The notes under the pieces were generated by a model that had not been told where the DNA came from, did no database searches, and worked only from the letters and a program-made list of their open reading frames with translations. The translations under genes were made by a program, and so were the position numbers. Of a stretch of DNA of 64,000 nucleotides, positions 19,194 through 27,835 are shown one piece after another; the stretch's first letter is position 1; every line of letters starts with the position of its first letter. The stretch is from a plasmid: sequence record NZ_CP044066.1. One strand, written 5' to 3'.

Positions 19194-20082
19194 CTATCGT
19201 TGGTCTGTGTGTTGGTCTGTGTGTTGAATTGCACCGAGACCGAACCCACCAATTGCATCGAAAACTGACCCACCCCAAGGACATGCCTCTTCACTGACTG
19301 GTGTCTGCTTTGTGCGTTTCTCCTTGCTCGGCTGAATGCTGCTGTTCTTGAACCGGTAACTGTCGTTGCCGATCTCGACGATGTGGCAGTGATGGGGCAG
19401 ACGATCCAGCAGCGCCGTGGTCATGTTGGCGCCGCCGAAGACAGCCGACCATTCCCCGAAGCTGAGGTTAGTGGTGATGATGAGGCGGGTACGTTCGTAG
19501 AGCTTGCTGATGAGGTGGAACAGCATTGCGCCGCCGGCCTGGCTAAATGGTAGATAGCCCATTCTCGTCGAGGATCACCAGATCGGCGTACATCAGCCGC
19601 GTCGCCAGATGTCCTGGCTTGCCGGCGGCCTTCTCCAGTTCCAGCGTGTTGACGAGTTCGATGATTGAATAGAACCGCACGCGCCGATGATGATGCTCTA
19701 CGGCCTGCACACCGATTGCAGTGCCGATGTGGGTCTCGCCGGTCCCGGGTCCACCAACCAGCACGACGTTGGACGCGAGGAACTTACAACGGCGGAGGCG
19801 CACCAGTGCTTCGTCGACTTCACTGCATGTAAAGTCGAAGCCCATGAGATCTCGATACGCCGGAAACTTGGCCACCTTCATCTGGTAGGCCAGCGAGCGC
19901 ACCTCGCGCTCAGTGAGTTCGCTGCAGAGACAAACGCCACGCCAAAGCGCTTCGCCGCGCAGTTTGGCTAGCCTGAAAGGTATCACCGCCCTACCTGAAA
20001 AGAATTGGTAGCGAGCGGCGTCTTGCACGATAGTGGACGCATGTTCGTCGCTGTCGAGACGCCGCGAGCGTCCTTTTTCCAT
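19194..20082 (-). mobile_element. istB: IS21-family istB (helper ATPase) remnant. Frameshifted, N-terminally degenerate, and lacking istA.
   Basis: Two minus-strand ORFs in different frames join at about 19560 within the conserved IstB motif (…[10 protein letters not shown] | [44 protein letters not shown]…[24 protein letters not shown]). Upstream are the Walker A (VVLVGGPGTGETHIG) and KFPAYRDLMGFDF. No transposase (istA) lies upstream. The element abuts the start of the MBL-fold gene. Confidence 0.75.
19199..19226. repeat. Tandem 12-mer (gttggtctgtgt), 2.3 copies, at the putative end of the IS21-family remnant.
   Basis: Direct reading: gttggtctgtgt gttggtctgtgt gttg. Located 3' of the istB remnant, where IS21-family elements carry multiple terminal repeats. 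Confidence 0.8.
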
Positions 20083-20971
20083 GAAGACCTTTCCGAATGT
20101 CCACCGAGTGGGCGCCGCAACGATTACCCGCGTTGACGAGACGGAATTTCCGCTCGCCCCCGAGCGCCTGTTCCCGGCATGGACCGAGGACCTCGGACGC
20201 GCGCTGTCGGAGCGCTTCGCCGCGGAGAGCCTCGACCTGGCCCTTCGACGCGTACCGCTGAAAACGCATCTGTGGCTCGTCGAATTGGATGGGTACACCA
20301 TCGTCGTCGATACGGGCATCGGGAATGGCAAGTCGCGGCCGTTCAGCGCACTGTTCGACTGCCTCGACAACCCGGTGCTCGAGCGTCTCAAGGCCGCGGG
20401 CTTTCATACAGAGCAGGTCGATTACGTGTTGCTGACCCATCTGCATGTCGATCATGTGGGTTGGAATACGCATCGCCGCGAGGGCAGGTGGGTGCCGTTG
20501 TTTGAGAATGCCACGTATGTATTTGGCGAACGTGAGCGCGACTTTTTCGGGACGCCCGAGGGGGCGCCACGTCGCATGGTGTTCGATGACAGCGTTGCCC
20601 CGGTCATTGGGGCAGGGCAGGCGCGCACGGTGCCTGATGCGGGCGCGGATGTTATGGACGGCATCCGGTTCATCCCGACGTTCGGACACAGCGCCGGGCA
20701 CATGGCCATCGAGATCCGCTCGCGCGGCGAAACGGCGCTGTTTTCGGGGGACGTCATGCACAGCGCGGTGCAGGTGCACCACCCAAACTGGAATTCGATG
20801 TTCTGCCAGCATCCGGAGGAGGCCCGCGCTTCTCGCCTCGCTTTGCTCCAGCGTGCGGCGGAAACGGGGGCCACGGTGTTCACCGCGCATTTCGCGGAGA
20901 CGTCGGCGGGCGTTATCACACGCGCCGGCGACCGCTTCGAGTGGACCTACGCTCGACCTATTCCGGCCTGA
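20081..20971 (+). CDS. MBL-fold metallo-hydrolase.
   Basis: Start at the ATG at 20081 (MKTFPNVH…). HxHxDH motif (LLTHLHVDHVGW) and downstream His/Asp ligands (FGHSAGH; TAHF). 296 aa. Confidence 0.75.
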   Translation: MKTFPNVHRVGAATITRVDETEFPLAPERLFPAWTEDLGRALSERFAAESLDLALRRVPLKTHLWLVELDGYTIVVDTGIGNGKSRPFSALFDCLDNPVLERLKAAGFHTEQVDYVLLTHLHVDHVGWNTHRREGRWVPLFENATYVFGERERDFFGTPEGAPRRMVFDDSVAPVIGAGQARTVPDAGADVMDGIRFIPTFGHSAGHMAIEIRSRGETALFSGDVMHSAVQVHHPNWNSMFCQHPEEARASRLALLQRAAETGATVFTAHFAETSAGVITRAGDRFEWTYARPIPA

Positions 20972-21311
20972 GCTCTGAGACCCATCTTCTCCTGCGTCAG
21001 TGTCTCATCGGCGCTCAATCCGCTGATGAAGAGAGCGTCCCTGTCCACAATCAATGCATTTTCGGTCGGCTTGCAGCTGTAGATCTCAACGTAGTACTGA
21101 GTTTCGTCGATAAGAGCGTCAGCCCAACCGACGAAGATGAGAATGGAACGAATTATCCGCCGTGGAGGCGGTTTTTTTAACTGAAAAGCGTGCCCAGCAG
21201 CGGCATTCGTGGGCAAGGCCCTGTCGTACAGCAATGTAAGACTATTCCCGATGTCGCGGTTTTGAAAGTGCCGTCAGACTTCTCGCATACCTAATCCGCG
21301 CACTCGCGGGG

Positions 21312-21539
21312 ATGGAAACCCTCCAGAGAGAGCACGACCTGAACAGACTGCATGCCTCCAGCTATGCCGCTCGCCCCACCAATGCTGCCGGCGTACACGA
21401 GCGCCAAAGCTCTGTGGCTGAGCTTGGCCGGATGATGCGCGCGGAGCGCGAACGGCACGGATTGACGCACGATCAGTTCGCTCAGGCGCTGGGCATTGAA
21501 TCCTCGGATATCGTTTGGTTGGAGCGCGGCGTTCTGTAA
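21312..21539 (+). CDS. Possible small XRE-family HTH protein.
   Basis: 75-aa ORF. The C-terminal sequence LGRMMRAERERHGLTHDQFAQALGIESSDIVWLERG fits the HTH_XRE pattern. Short, with no clear RBS. Confidence 0.3.
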   Translation: METLQREHDLNRLHASSYAARPTNAAGVHERQSSVAELGRMMRAERERHGLTHDQFAQALGIESSDIVWLERGVL

Positions 21540-21853
21540 ATTCCCAGGGACTGGTCTCTAATCGTGTCGTTGTCACTGGGCGCCGCAGAATTTCTAACAC
21601 CGTCCCTCGATATCTGCGGGCACGTTCAAAGAGGGGATGTGTGTAATCGTGTGCGAGGGAGTACCTGATCGGCACCGGGTCGTCGTGTCGGCAAAGCAAT
21701 TAAGAGCACAAAAAAATGCCCCTCGAGCGATCCGAGAGGCTGGGATACGGCGTCATCGTGGGGGTCACTCACGAAATGGTGATTGCTCTTTATGCTGCGC
21801 GCGGGACGGCGGGGAGGGCGAATGGCTTTTCCGTCCGGCCTGCGCAGACGTGC

Positions 21854-22339
21854 TCACTCCGTCAGGGTTTTAGGCAGCTTACCGCCGTTCTGTGCCAACT
21901 CCTGCATCACGCGCTTGTGCAGCCAGGTGTTCATGGCGGCGGAGTCATTCGTGTCACCCGAATAATTCAATTCCTTCGCCAGCGCTTTGCGGTGCTCAAG
22001 GCTGCTATCAATACCGAGCGCCTTGAGCGTATCGACGATCGACGTGCGCCAGTTAAGCGTCTCCCCGGCTTCCTTCACCGCGCTGTCCATCACGCCTTCG
22101 ACGTCCACTTGCGCTAGCGCAGTCGGCAGGGGCGGGCCTGACGCTCCTGTTGCTCCGCCTGTCGTTGGCTGTGCTTCGGCAGCCTTACTGCCCAGGGCAG
22201 GCTGGCCGCCTGAAGTTGTGCCCGAGAGAGGTGCGCCGGTGTCGCCAGCCGGCGTGCCCGTTGCCACTCCTGTAGTGGCTTGCGCCTGCTGATCGCCGCG
22301 GTGCAATAGCTTATTGAGAATGTCCTTGAAAATGCTCAT
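21854..22339 (-). CDS. DUF3597-domain protein.
   Basis: Start at MSIFKDILNKL. Low-complexity Gly/Thr/Ala linker, then a C-terminal domain (LNWRTSIVDTLKALGIDSSLEHRKALAKELNYSGD…) typical of DUF3597 proteins in Burkholderiaceae. Confidence 0.55.
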   Translation of the reverse strand: MSIFKDILNKLLHRGDQQAQATTGVATGTPAGDTGAPLSGTTSGGQPALGSKAAEAQPTTGGATGASGPPLPTALAQVDVEGVMDSAVKEAGETLNWRTSIVDTLKALGIDSSLEHRKALAKELNYSGDTNDSAAMNTWLHKRVMQELAQNGGKLPKTLTE

Positions 22340-22880
22340 GGCTGATCTCCTATAGTTTGAAAGGTGTGTCCGTTGCCGCAAGTTCCGTTCCAGTCAATGC
22401 GGTCAAGTGCGAAGCGCTGTTAGGGTCCATCGCGCGCGTGAGCCTGTCCTATTAGCTCAGACGGAATGCAATACTGGACTTCGCCGGTTTTGTTGTGCAC
22501 GCGTGTCAAAAGGCTTCGCATTGGCAATTGTTGCGTCTCTCACCTCCACCTAGCGCTCCCTTGCCAACTTCACTGGGCACCGCATGCCGTCAAATCTAAA
22601 AGGCTCGAGAACACTAAGAGCTCCCTGCAAGAGCCAATGAGGGTCCGGTCGCGAGTGGTCAAGGTAGCCTTCCGGTCGTGGCGTTTGGTGCGAAAGCGCT
22701 CGAGCGGCCGCGCGGAAAACGGATGCCATCCGCCACTTATCCGCAGGAAGGAGACCAAGAACCCGAAAGTGGTTGTATGCGCTGGCTTCTATACCTAGCA
22801 TGGTTACGCTAGGTGTTGGCATTAATCCGGCCCGATCGAGTCCGCCCCGGGGCTTGTTGGGAAATAATGCGACACAATCG

Positions 22881-22906
22881 GCCAGCCTTCGGGCTGGCTT
22901 TTTTTT
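22881..22906 (+). terminator. Orphan Rho-independent terminator on the plus strand.
   Basis: GCCAGCC-ttcg-GGCTGGC hairpin followed by T8. No plus-strand CDS lies in the preceding 500 bp. Confidence 0.6.
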
Positions 22907-22925
22907 GCGCCCCTAGGGACGGATG

Positions 22926-23348
22926 TCACGTTCCTTTAGCCGGTATCTCGTCAAGCGCGGGCGGGTGAGGCCGCTGGACCGGGCTCGCTGGACTCTGCAT
23001 GTCGATCGAAGCAGCCTGCCGCCAGTCGATCTGGTCACGAGACGTGCTGAATTGGTGAGCCATCCCCAACGCGGCACCTGGGGAAATGGGATCGCTCGCA
23101 GGAAATGTCATCTCCAATGAGGCATCCAACGCTGCCTGGTAGCTGTTCCCATCGTCCGGACGTTGTTGAATTGCTGGGATAGCTTTGGGCATGGTCGTCT
23201 TGGCTTTGAGAGCGTGGTGTCCGAGACTTTGCCATCCTAGACCTTTCGCGTCAGTACGGCACAGGACCAATCCAGTCGGACCGAGAGCTTCGATCTTAGC
23301 AAACGCGACGCAACGATCCGTCGTCCAAATACGAGCCATTACAGACAA
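22926..23348 (-). CDS. Hypothetical protein.
   Basis: 140-aa ORF with coding-like composition. No motif recognised. Confidence 0.35.
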   Translation of the reverse strand: MSVMARIWTTDRCVAFAKIEALGPTGLVLCRTDAKGLGWQSLGHHALKAKTTMPKAIPAIQQRPDDGNSYQAALDASLEMTFPASDPISPGAALGMAHQFSTSRDQIDWRQAASIDMQSPASPVQRPHPPALDEIPAKGT

Positions 23349-23529
23349 TTTTGCATAGACAACTTCACCACCATTGATCCGGCAGCCTACCGACCTAACT
23401 GCTGATACGCATCGCAGAGCGCGGATTTTATGGGATACAACTGAGCGCGACTCCCTGCCACAATCACCAAGTTTGCGTGATGATCGGCCGCAGCGCAGTC
23501 ATGCCCGGAGGCTCTCGGCCGAATACCTG

Positions 23530-23823
23530 TCAGATGTCAACACGAAAATGCTCGACAGACTGGCCGGCATTCACGGCGCGCTGCAGCCAGGCCGGTAACG
23601 CGCCTTGCCCGTCCCAAACATGGCCTTGAGCATCTCGAAAGCGAGCTTGCGCGCTTGACGTTGAGCCGGCCGAGGCGTGTTCATCAAAACCCGCTCTTTT
23701 AAGATCTTCGAATTGAAGACCGTGTCGCGCCATTTGGGTCTTTATCCAGAGGATGGCCTCGGCACGTTCTCGCAGCACTTGGGTCGGGTTGGAGTAGGTA
23801 TGAAGTCGGGTACTTTGGCTCAT
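23530..23823 (-). CDS. H-NS-like nucleoid-associated protein (xenogeneic silencer).
   Basis: About 97 aa from MSQSTRL…. The C-terminal DNA-binding motif (RFRDAQGHVWDGQGALPAWLQRAVNAGQSVEHFRV) matches the H-NS C-domain (YxDPxTGxTWxGRGRxPxWL). Confidence 0.7.
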   Translation of the reverse strand: MSQSTRLHTYSNPTQVLRERAEAILWIKTQMARHGLQFEDLKRAGFDEHASAGSTSSAQARFRDAQGHVWDGQGALPAWLQRAVNAGQSVEHFRVDI

Positions 23824-24270
23824 GGTTGCATGATAGTGCGATGAAGCTTTAACTGTGAGTTCCGGGGACATATCTCTCCCTCGATATTCCATCGCGGTAG
23901 TCCGCTGTGGGTGGGCATTGAAGAAAAGTCATTTCGGGCGCAGAAAGATCGGCCTGCCAGCGTAGGCGGCAAGGTCCATCCAGGTGCGTTGTGTTTCTTT
24001 AAGATACTTCCTCTCCGTCGCGGCCGAGTGAGCTATTCCATTCCCGATGCTGGCACCGTTCACACTAGGCCCTCCGAGCATTGGCACTCATATGCGCTCG
24101 CATCAATGAGGGCGCGTGCGGCCCAGCCAGCGAGATCAAGGTGCCGTCTTATTTACACCAGCTAGAGTTTCGCATGACGTGCCCCGGTTACCACGCGCCC
24201 GCAAGAGGAATTGAGGTCGAGAACCAGCTTGTGTGACGGTCTACGCCCTGCAACGTTTCCCCAGATTGGC

Positions 24271-24549
24271 ATGGTCAGTCGCATGCCCAAAAACTACCGC
24301 CGGCCCGATGAGCATGTCCTGGACAATGTATGCGAACGGTTGGCAATGCATCCTGGTGTCGACGTATTTGATGTGACCGTGCACATAGAGGCTGGTGTCA
24401 TCAGACTCGTGGGCACCGTTAAAGATCGTTACGAGCGTCGTCTAGTTGAGAAGATCACCGAAGGTGTGTGGGGCGTGCGCGATATCGAGAACGGTGTTCG
24501 TTTCCGAGACCCGACGGTTTCACCGGAGCGAACGCTGAGTCTCAGATGA
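24271..24549 (+). CDS. BON-domain (OsmY-like) protein.
   Basis: Core BON motif (HPGVDVFDVTVHIEAGVIRLVGTVKDRYERRLVEKITEGVWGVRDIENGVRF). Confidence 0.6.
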   Translation: MVSRMPKNYRRPDEHVLDNVCERLAMHPGVDVFDVTVHIEAGVIRLVGTVKDRYERRLVEKITEGVWGVRDIENGVRFRDPTVSPERTLSLR

Positions 24550-25052
24550 TCACGTGAGATTGCGAAGTCGTATTGGCCAGCTTTGCCGGGCTCCCGTGCC
24601 CGGAGTTGTCAAACATGGCAGAAAGATCAACCGCCTGATGGGCTGGCCGAAGCGGTTGTGCTGTCGATGCCTAAAAACCATCCTTTGGACGTGAAAGGAC
24701 GCAATTGGGACATCGCGGAAACGAGGAATGAGACTGCTTATAAAAGTCATCTCCGCCGCGTTGTGGAGGAGGCAAGGTTCGCGTTCTATCTGTCGCGGCC
24801 GCTCGCCACGAGCTGAGCCCTAGCGCCCGGCGCGCGTTAGTCACGCCGTTGGCGGATGAGTGAACGTCTTCTCTTTGCCCATCAGCCTGGCATCTCGCGG
24901 CCCACCTTGGCTTCGGTCGAAACCAACGCCACGTTGATCAGGTTTTCCCTCAACACGCCACGTGGTGCTTGTCAACGCACGACTACACATAGCATGTAAG
25001 CAAGCCAGATTAGAAATCTGCGAAATGCCGAAACCTCTCGCTGAGGGGGCGA

Positions 25053-25232
25053 TCACCAAAGCATCGGACCACAGGGATAAGATTCGGCAGTGCGCCCATA
25101 CGCGTTGGCGACATCGCGGCAATCGCGACGACTATCGTTCTCGGCCAGCAAGATCACGGCTACGATCAAGACTAATACGACAAACACAGAGGCGGCGATG
25201 CGGCCACTCGATAACAGATGGGTAATAGTCAT
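25053..25232 (-). CDS. Possible 59-aa single-TM membrane protein. Below the ORF-track size cut-off.
   Basis: Translation MTITHLLSSGRIAASVFVVLVLIVAVILLAENDSRRDCRDVANAYGRTAESYPCGPMLW. Hydrophobic helix. No clear SD. Confidence 0.2.
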   Translation of the reverse strand: MTITHLLSSGRIAASVFVVLVLIVAVILLAENDSRRDCRDVANAYGRTAESYPCGPMLW

Positions 25233-25765
25233 GGCTCAGGCGTAGTAAAGGTTATAGAACGCTAGTGCTGTGGACGTAGAGACCGTTGCAGCCGCGATCG
25301 GAAACCAGCGGCGCGGTGCGATGTCGGGAGCCGAACACCCCGCCATCTATGACTCTGACGCCTGGCGAGGAGCACGAGTCTTGGCGGGTACGTTCGCGGG
25401 CTATGAAACAGTCTAGACCCTTAAGAAGAAAAATCTAATCTGCGGCGTTAGTGTGAAGAGAAATGTGCTCGCGCGGGCCAATCGTGTCGCCGATAGTACC
25501 CGCGGGCCGTATGACTGCTCAGGCCAAGCGCCAGACTGCGGTCGCAACGAGGGAGGGAGCGAAACAGACAACCGTTTTTTGGACCCGAGCGCTGACTTAG
25601 AGGACGAAGCCACGGATAAAGCGCCGCGCCGCGTAGCGCAAGGCCTGTGGCTAAGCAACGCTACGTCAAGTGCCGGGCGTGGCCCTTCGAGATATCCCCG
25701 CAAGTGCAATGAACGCACAGAGCACTCCGGATACAGCATTGCGGGTAGCGTCGCGGCGCAAACGG

Positions 25766-27835
25766 CTATCGGTCAGCCCGATGTGTTCCTGCGGTGCGAG
25801 CTCTCTCCAATGCCAGATTTATGCGACTGATCAACTGGTCGTGTTGAAAGGGTTTGCGGAGGTGGATGATGCTTGAGTCAGCTTCAGGTAGTTCCGCATA
25901 ACCTGTTGCAAGAACGATGGGCAGCTGCGGGCGTAATAGTCGCGCTGCCTCCGCTAACTCCAGTCCCGTCATGTAAGGCATGGAGTAGTCTGTGAGCAGC
26001 ACGTCGATGTTCATGCCCTCTGCCAACAACTGGAGGGCCGCGTCGCCAGACTCTGCGACGACAACTTCATGGCCTACGTCTTCCAGCAGCAGCGTGGTGC
26101 TGGTGGCAACGAGAGTGTCGTCATCAACGACTAGAATTTTCCCAACCGCTTCTGCGTGAACCGACGGTGGACCCGTATCACGCGCGACTTCTTCAAGCAG
26201 TGACTCACTGGTCATTGCGAGTGCCGGGAGCCAAAGCGTAGCGCGAGTGCCTTTTCCGAGTTCACTCTCCAGTCGCAGCGCCCCATGCAACTGTCGCGCG
26301 AGACCGCGGACCATGGAAATGCCCAGTCCGGTTCCTTTGCCGACCTCTTTTGTTGTGAAGAATGGCTCGCCTGCTTTCGCAAGAGTCGTCGCGTCCATCC
26401 CGACACCTTCGTCGCTTACGCAAATACGCACGTATTGACCTGCTGGGAGTTCGGGGTCACCAGACGAAGTTAGCGTGTCCACGGCAATAGAGAGGCGTCC
26501 GCCGCGCGGCATCGCATCTCGTGAGTTCACCACGAGATTCAATAGCGCGAGTTCAATCTGGTCGGCGTCGGCGAGAGCAAGGGGTACCTCGTTCGCAGTT
26601 TCTATACGAAGGTCGATGGATGGCCCAATCGAGCGAGCGATAAGTTCTTCCATGCCGCGTAGCAGTTTGGGCAGACTCGTAGGAGCAACGTTAAGATCCT
26701 GTTGTCTCGCCGCAGCTAGCAGGCGCTGAGTCAGCGTCGCCCCACGGCGAGCGCCTTGATAGGCGCCGTTGATGAGACGTAAGAGTTTCGGATTGGCAGA
26801 CGCGTCCTTCCGGGCAAGCTCCAGATTATTGAGGATGGCTGCCAGCAGGTTGTTGAAATCGTGCGCAACTCCACCGGACAATTGACCAATCAGCTCGAGT
26901 TTTTGTACGTGCCGCAGCTTCTCTTCGGTCTGCTCGCGCTTGCGTATCTCCTCAAGGATGTTGCGGTGGGACGTCTCGAGTTCTGCCGTACGCTCGCGGA
27001 CTTTCCTTTCCAGCGACTCGTTGGCACGACGCAACCGTTCCGCTGCTGCCACTTGCTCGGTGACGTCAAGACAGACGCCAACGAACCGTCCGCTCCCGTT
27101 CATCCCATCGCCGACGTATCGGGCTCGCACGTCCACGGTCCGCACACTTCCGTCGGGCAAGATCAACCGATGCTCGAGAGTGTAGTCGGCGCCCGTGTCG
27201 ATGCTGTGTTTGAGCATCGCCTCGATGCGCTCGCGGTCCTCCGGATGGGTCGTGGCCAGCGCGTCGTCGTAGGTGAGGTCCTCGTTCTCGGCCCGCCCGA
27301 AAATGGCCCTGCACGTAGCCGATGCTGTGAGCGTCTGTGTTGCTATGTTGAGCTCCCACGATCCAAGGCGGCCCGCCGTCAGTGCCGTGCGAAGGCGCTC
27401 CTCGCCCTCATGCAGTTCCACGAGACTTCTACGGGCGTCAAATTGCTTTCTACGCGCGCGCACGGCCGCGCCAATCACGCTGATGAAGGTGGTGGGGTGA
27501 AACGGTCGCTCGATGAACGTGACATTGCCCAAGCTCTGGGTTATCCGGGCGACTTCTCCTAGGCGATTTCCCTCATCCGCGACGCGCCGCGTGAGCACTA
27601 CGAAGGGAAGATCGGACCATGGCGGCTGGGTTGACACCCACGCCGACACTTCCCGCAAATCCAGCAGTTCCTCTTCGGTCACGACCACGCAGCATATCGA
27701 ATCATCAAGCGCATGCGCGAGGGACTGCAGGTCGACGCAAATGCGGCAGGGCGTTTGCGTCCTCGCCAGCAACGAAGCGGCGACGGTCGCATCGCGTCCA
27801 ACAGGCGCTAGTATCAGTGCTGGGCAGTCATTCAT
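25766..27835 (-). CDS. Hybrid sensor histidine kinase. Domain order: N-terminal pseudo-receiver, PAS, HisKA, HATPase_c, C-terminal receiver. KaiC-associated.
   Basis: Start at MNDCPAL…, overlapping the kaiC stop. The N-terminal receiver-like fold lacks a phospho-acceptor Asp. PAS (…HPEDRERIEAML…). H-box (GGVAHDFNNLL). G1/G2 boxes (DEGVGMD…GKGTGLGISMV). C-terminal REC (ILVVDDD…DYSMPYMTGLEL…). Confidence 0.75.
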   Translation of the reverse strand: MNDCPALILAPVGRDATVAASLLARTQTPCRICVDLQSLAHALDDSICCVVVTEEELLDLREVSAWVSTQPPWSDLPFVVLTRRVADEGNRLGEVARITQSLGNVTFIERPFHPTTFISVIGAAVRARRKQFDARRSLVELHEGEERLRTALTAGRLGSWELNIATQTLTASATCRAIFGRAENEDLTYDDALATTHPEDRERIEAMLKHSIDTGADYTLEHRLILPDGSVRTVDVRARYVGDGMNGSGRFVGVCLDVTEQVAAAERLRRANESLERKVRERTAELETSHRNILEEIRKREQTEEKLRHVQKLELIGQLSGGVAHDFNNLLAAILNNLELARKDASANPKLLRLINGAYQGARRGATLTQRLLAAARQQDLNVAPTSLPKLLRGMEELIARSIGPSIDLRIETANEVPLALADADQIELALLNLVVNSRDAMPRGGRLSIAVDTLTSSGDPELPAGQYVRICVSDEGVGMDATTLAKAGEPFFTTKEVGKGTGLGISMVRGLARQLHGALRLESELGKGTRATLWLPALAMTSESLLEEVARDTGPPSVHAEAVGKILVVDDDTLVATSTTLLLEDVGHEVVVAESGDAALQLLAEGMNIDVLLTDYSMPYMTGLELAEAARLLRPQLPIVLATGYAELPEADSSIIHLRKPFQHDQLISRINLALERARTAGTHRADR

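Noticed and set aside
22440-22480. 'ttagctcagacgg' resembling a tRNA D-loop (TAGCTCAG).
   Set aside because: No acceptor stem, anticodon arm or T-arm could be folded from the flanking sequence. Not a tRNA.
24583-24816. 77-aa plus-strand ORF after the BON-domain gene.
   Set aside because: No motif and no RBS. Composition is marginal. Not supported.
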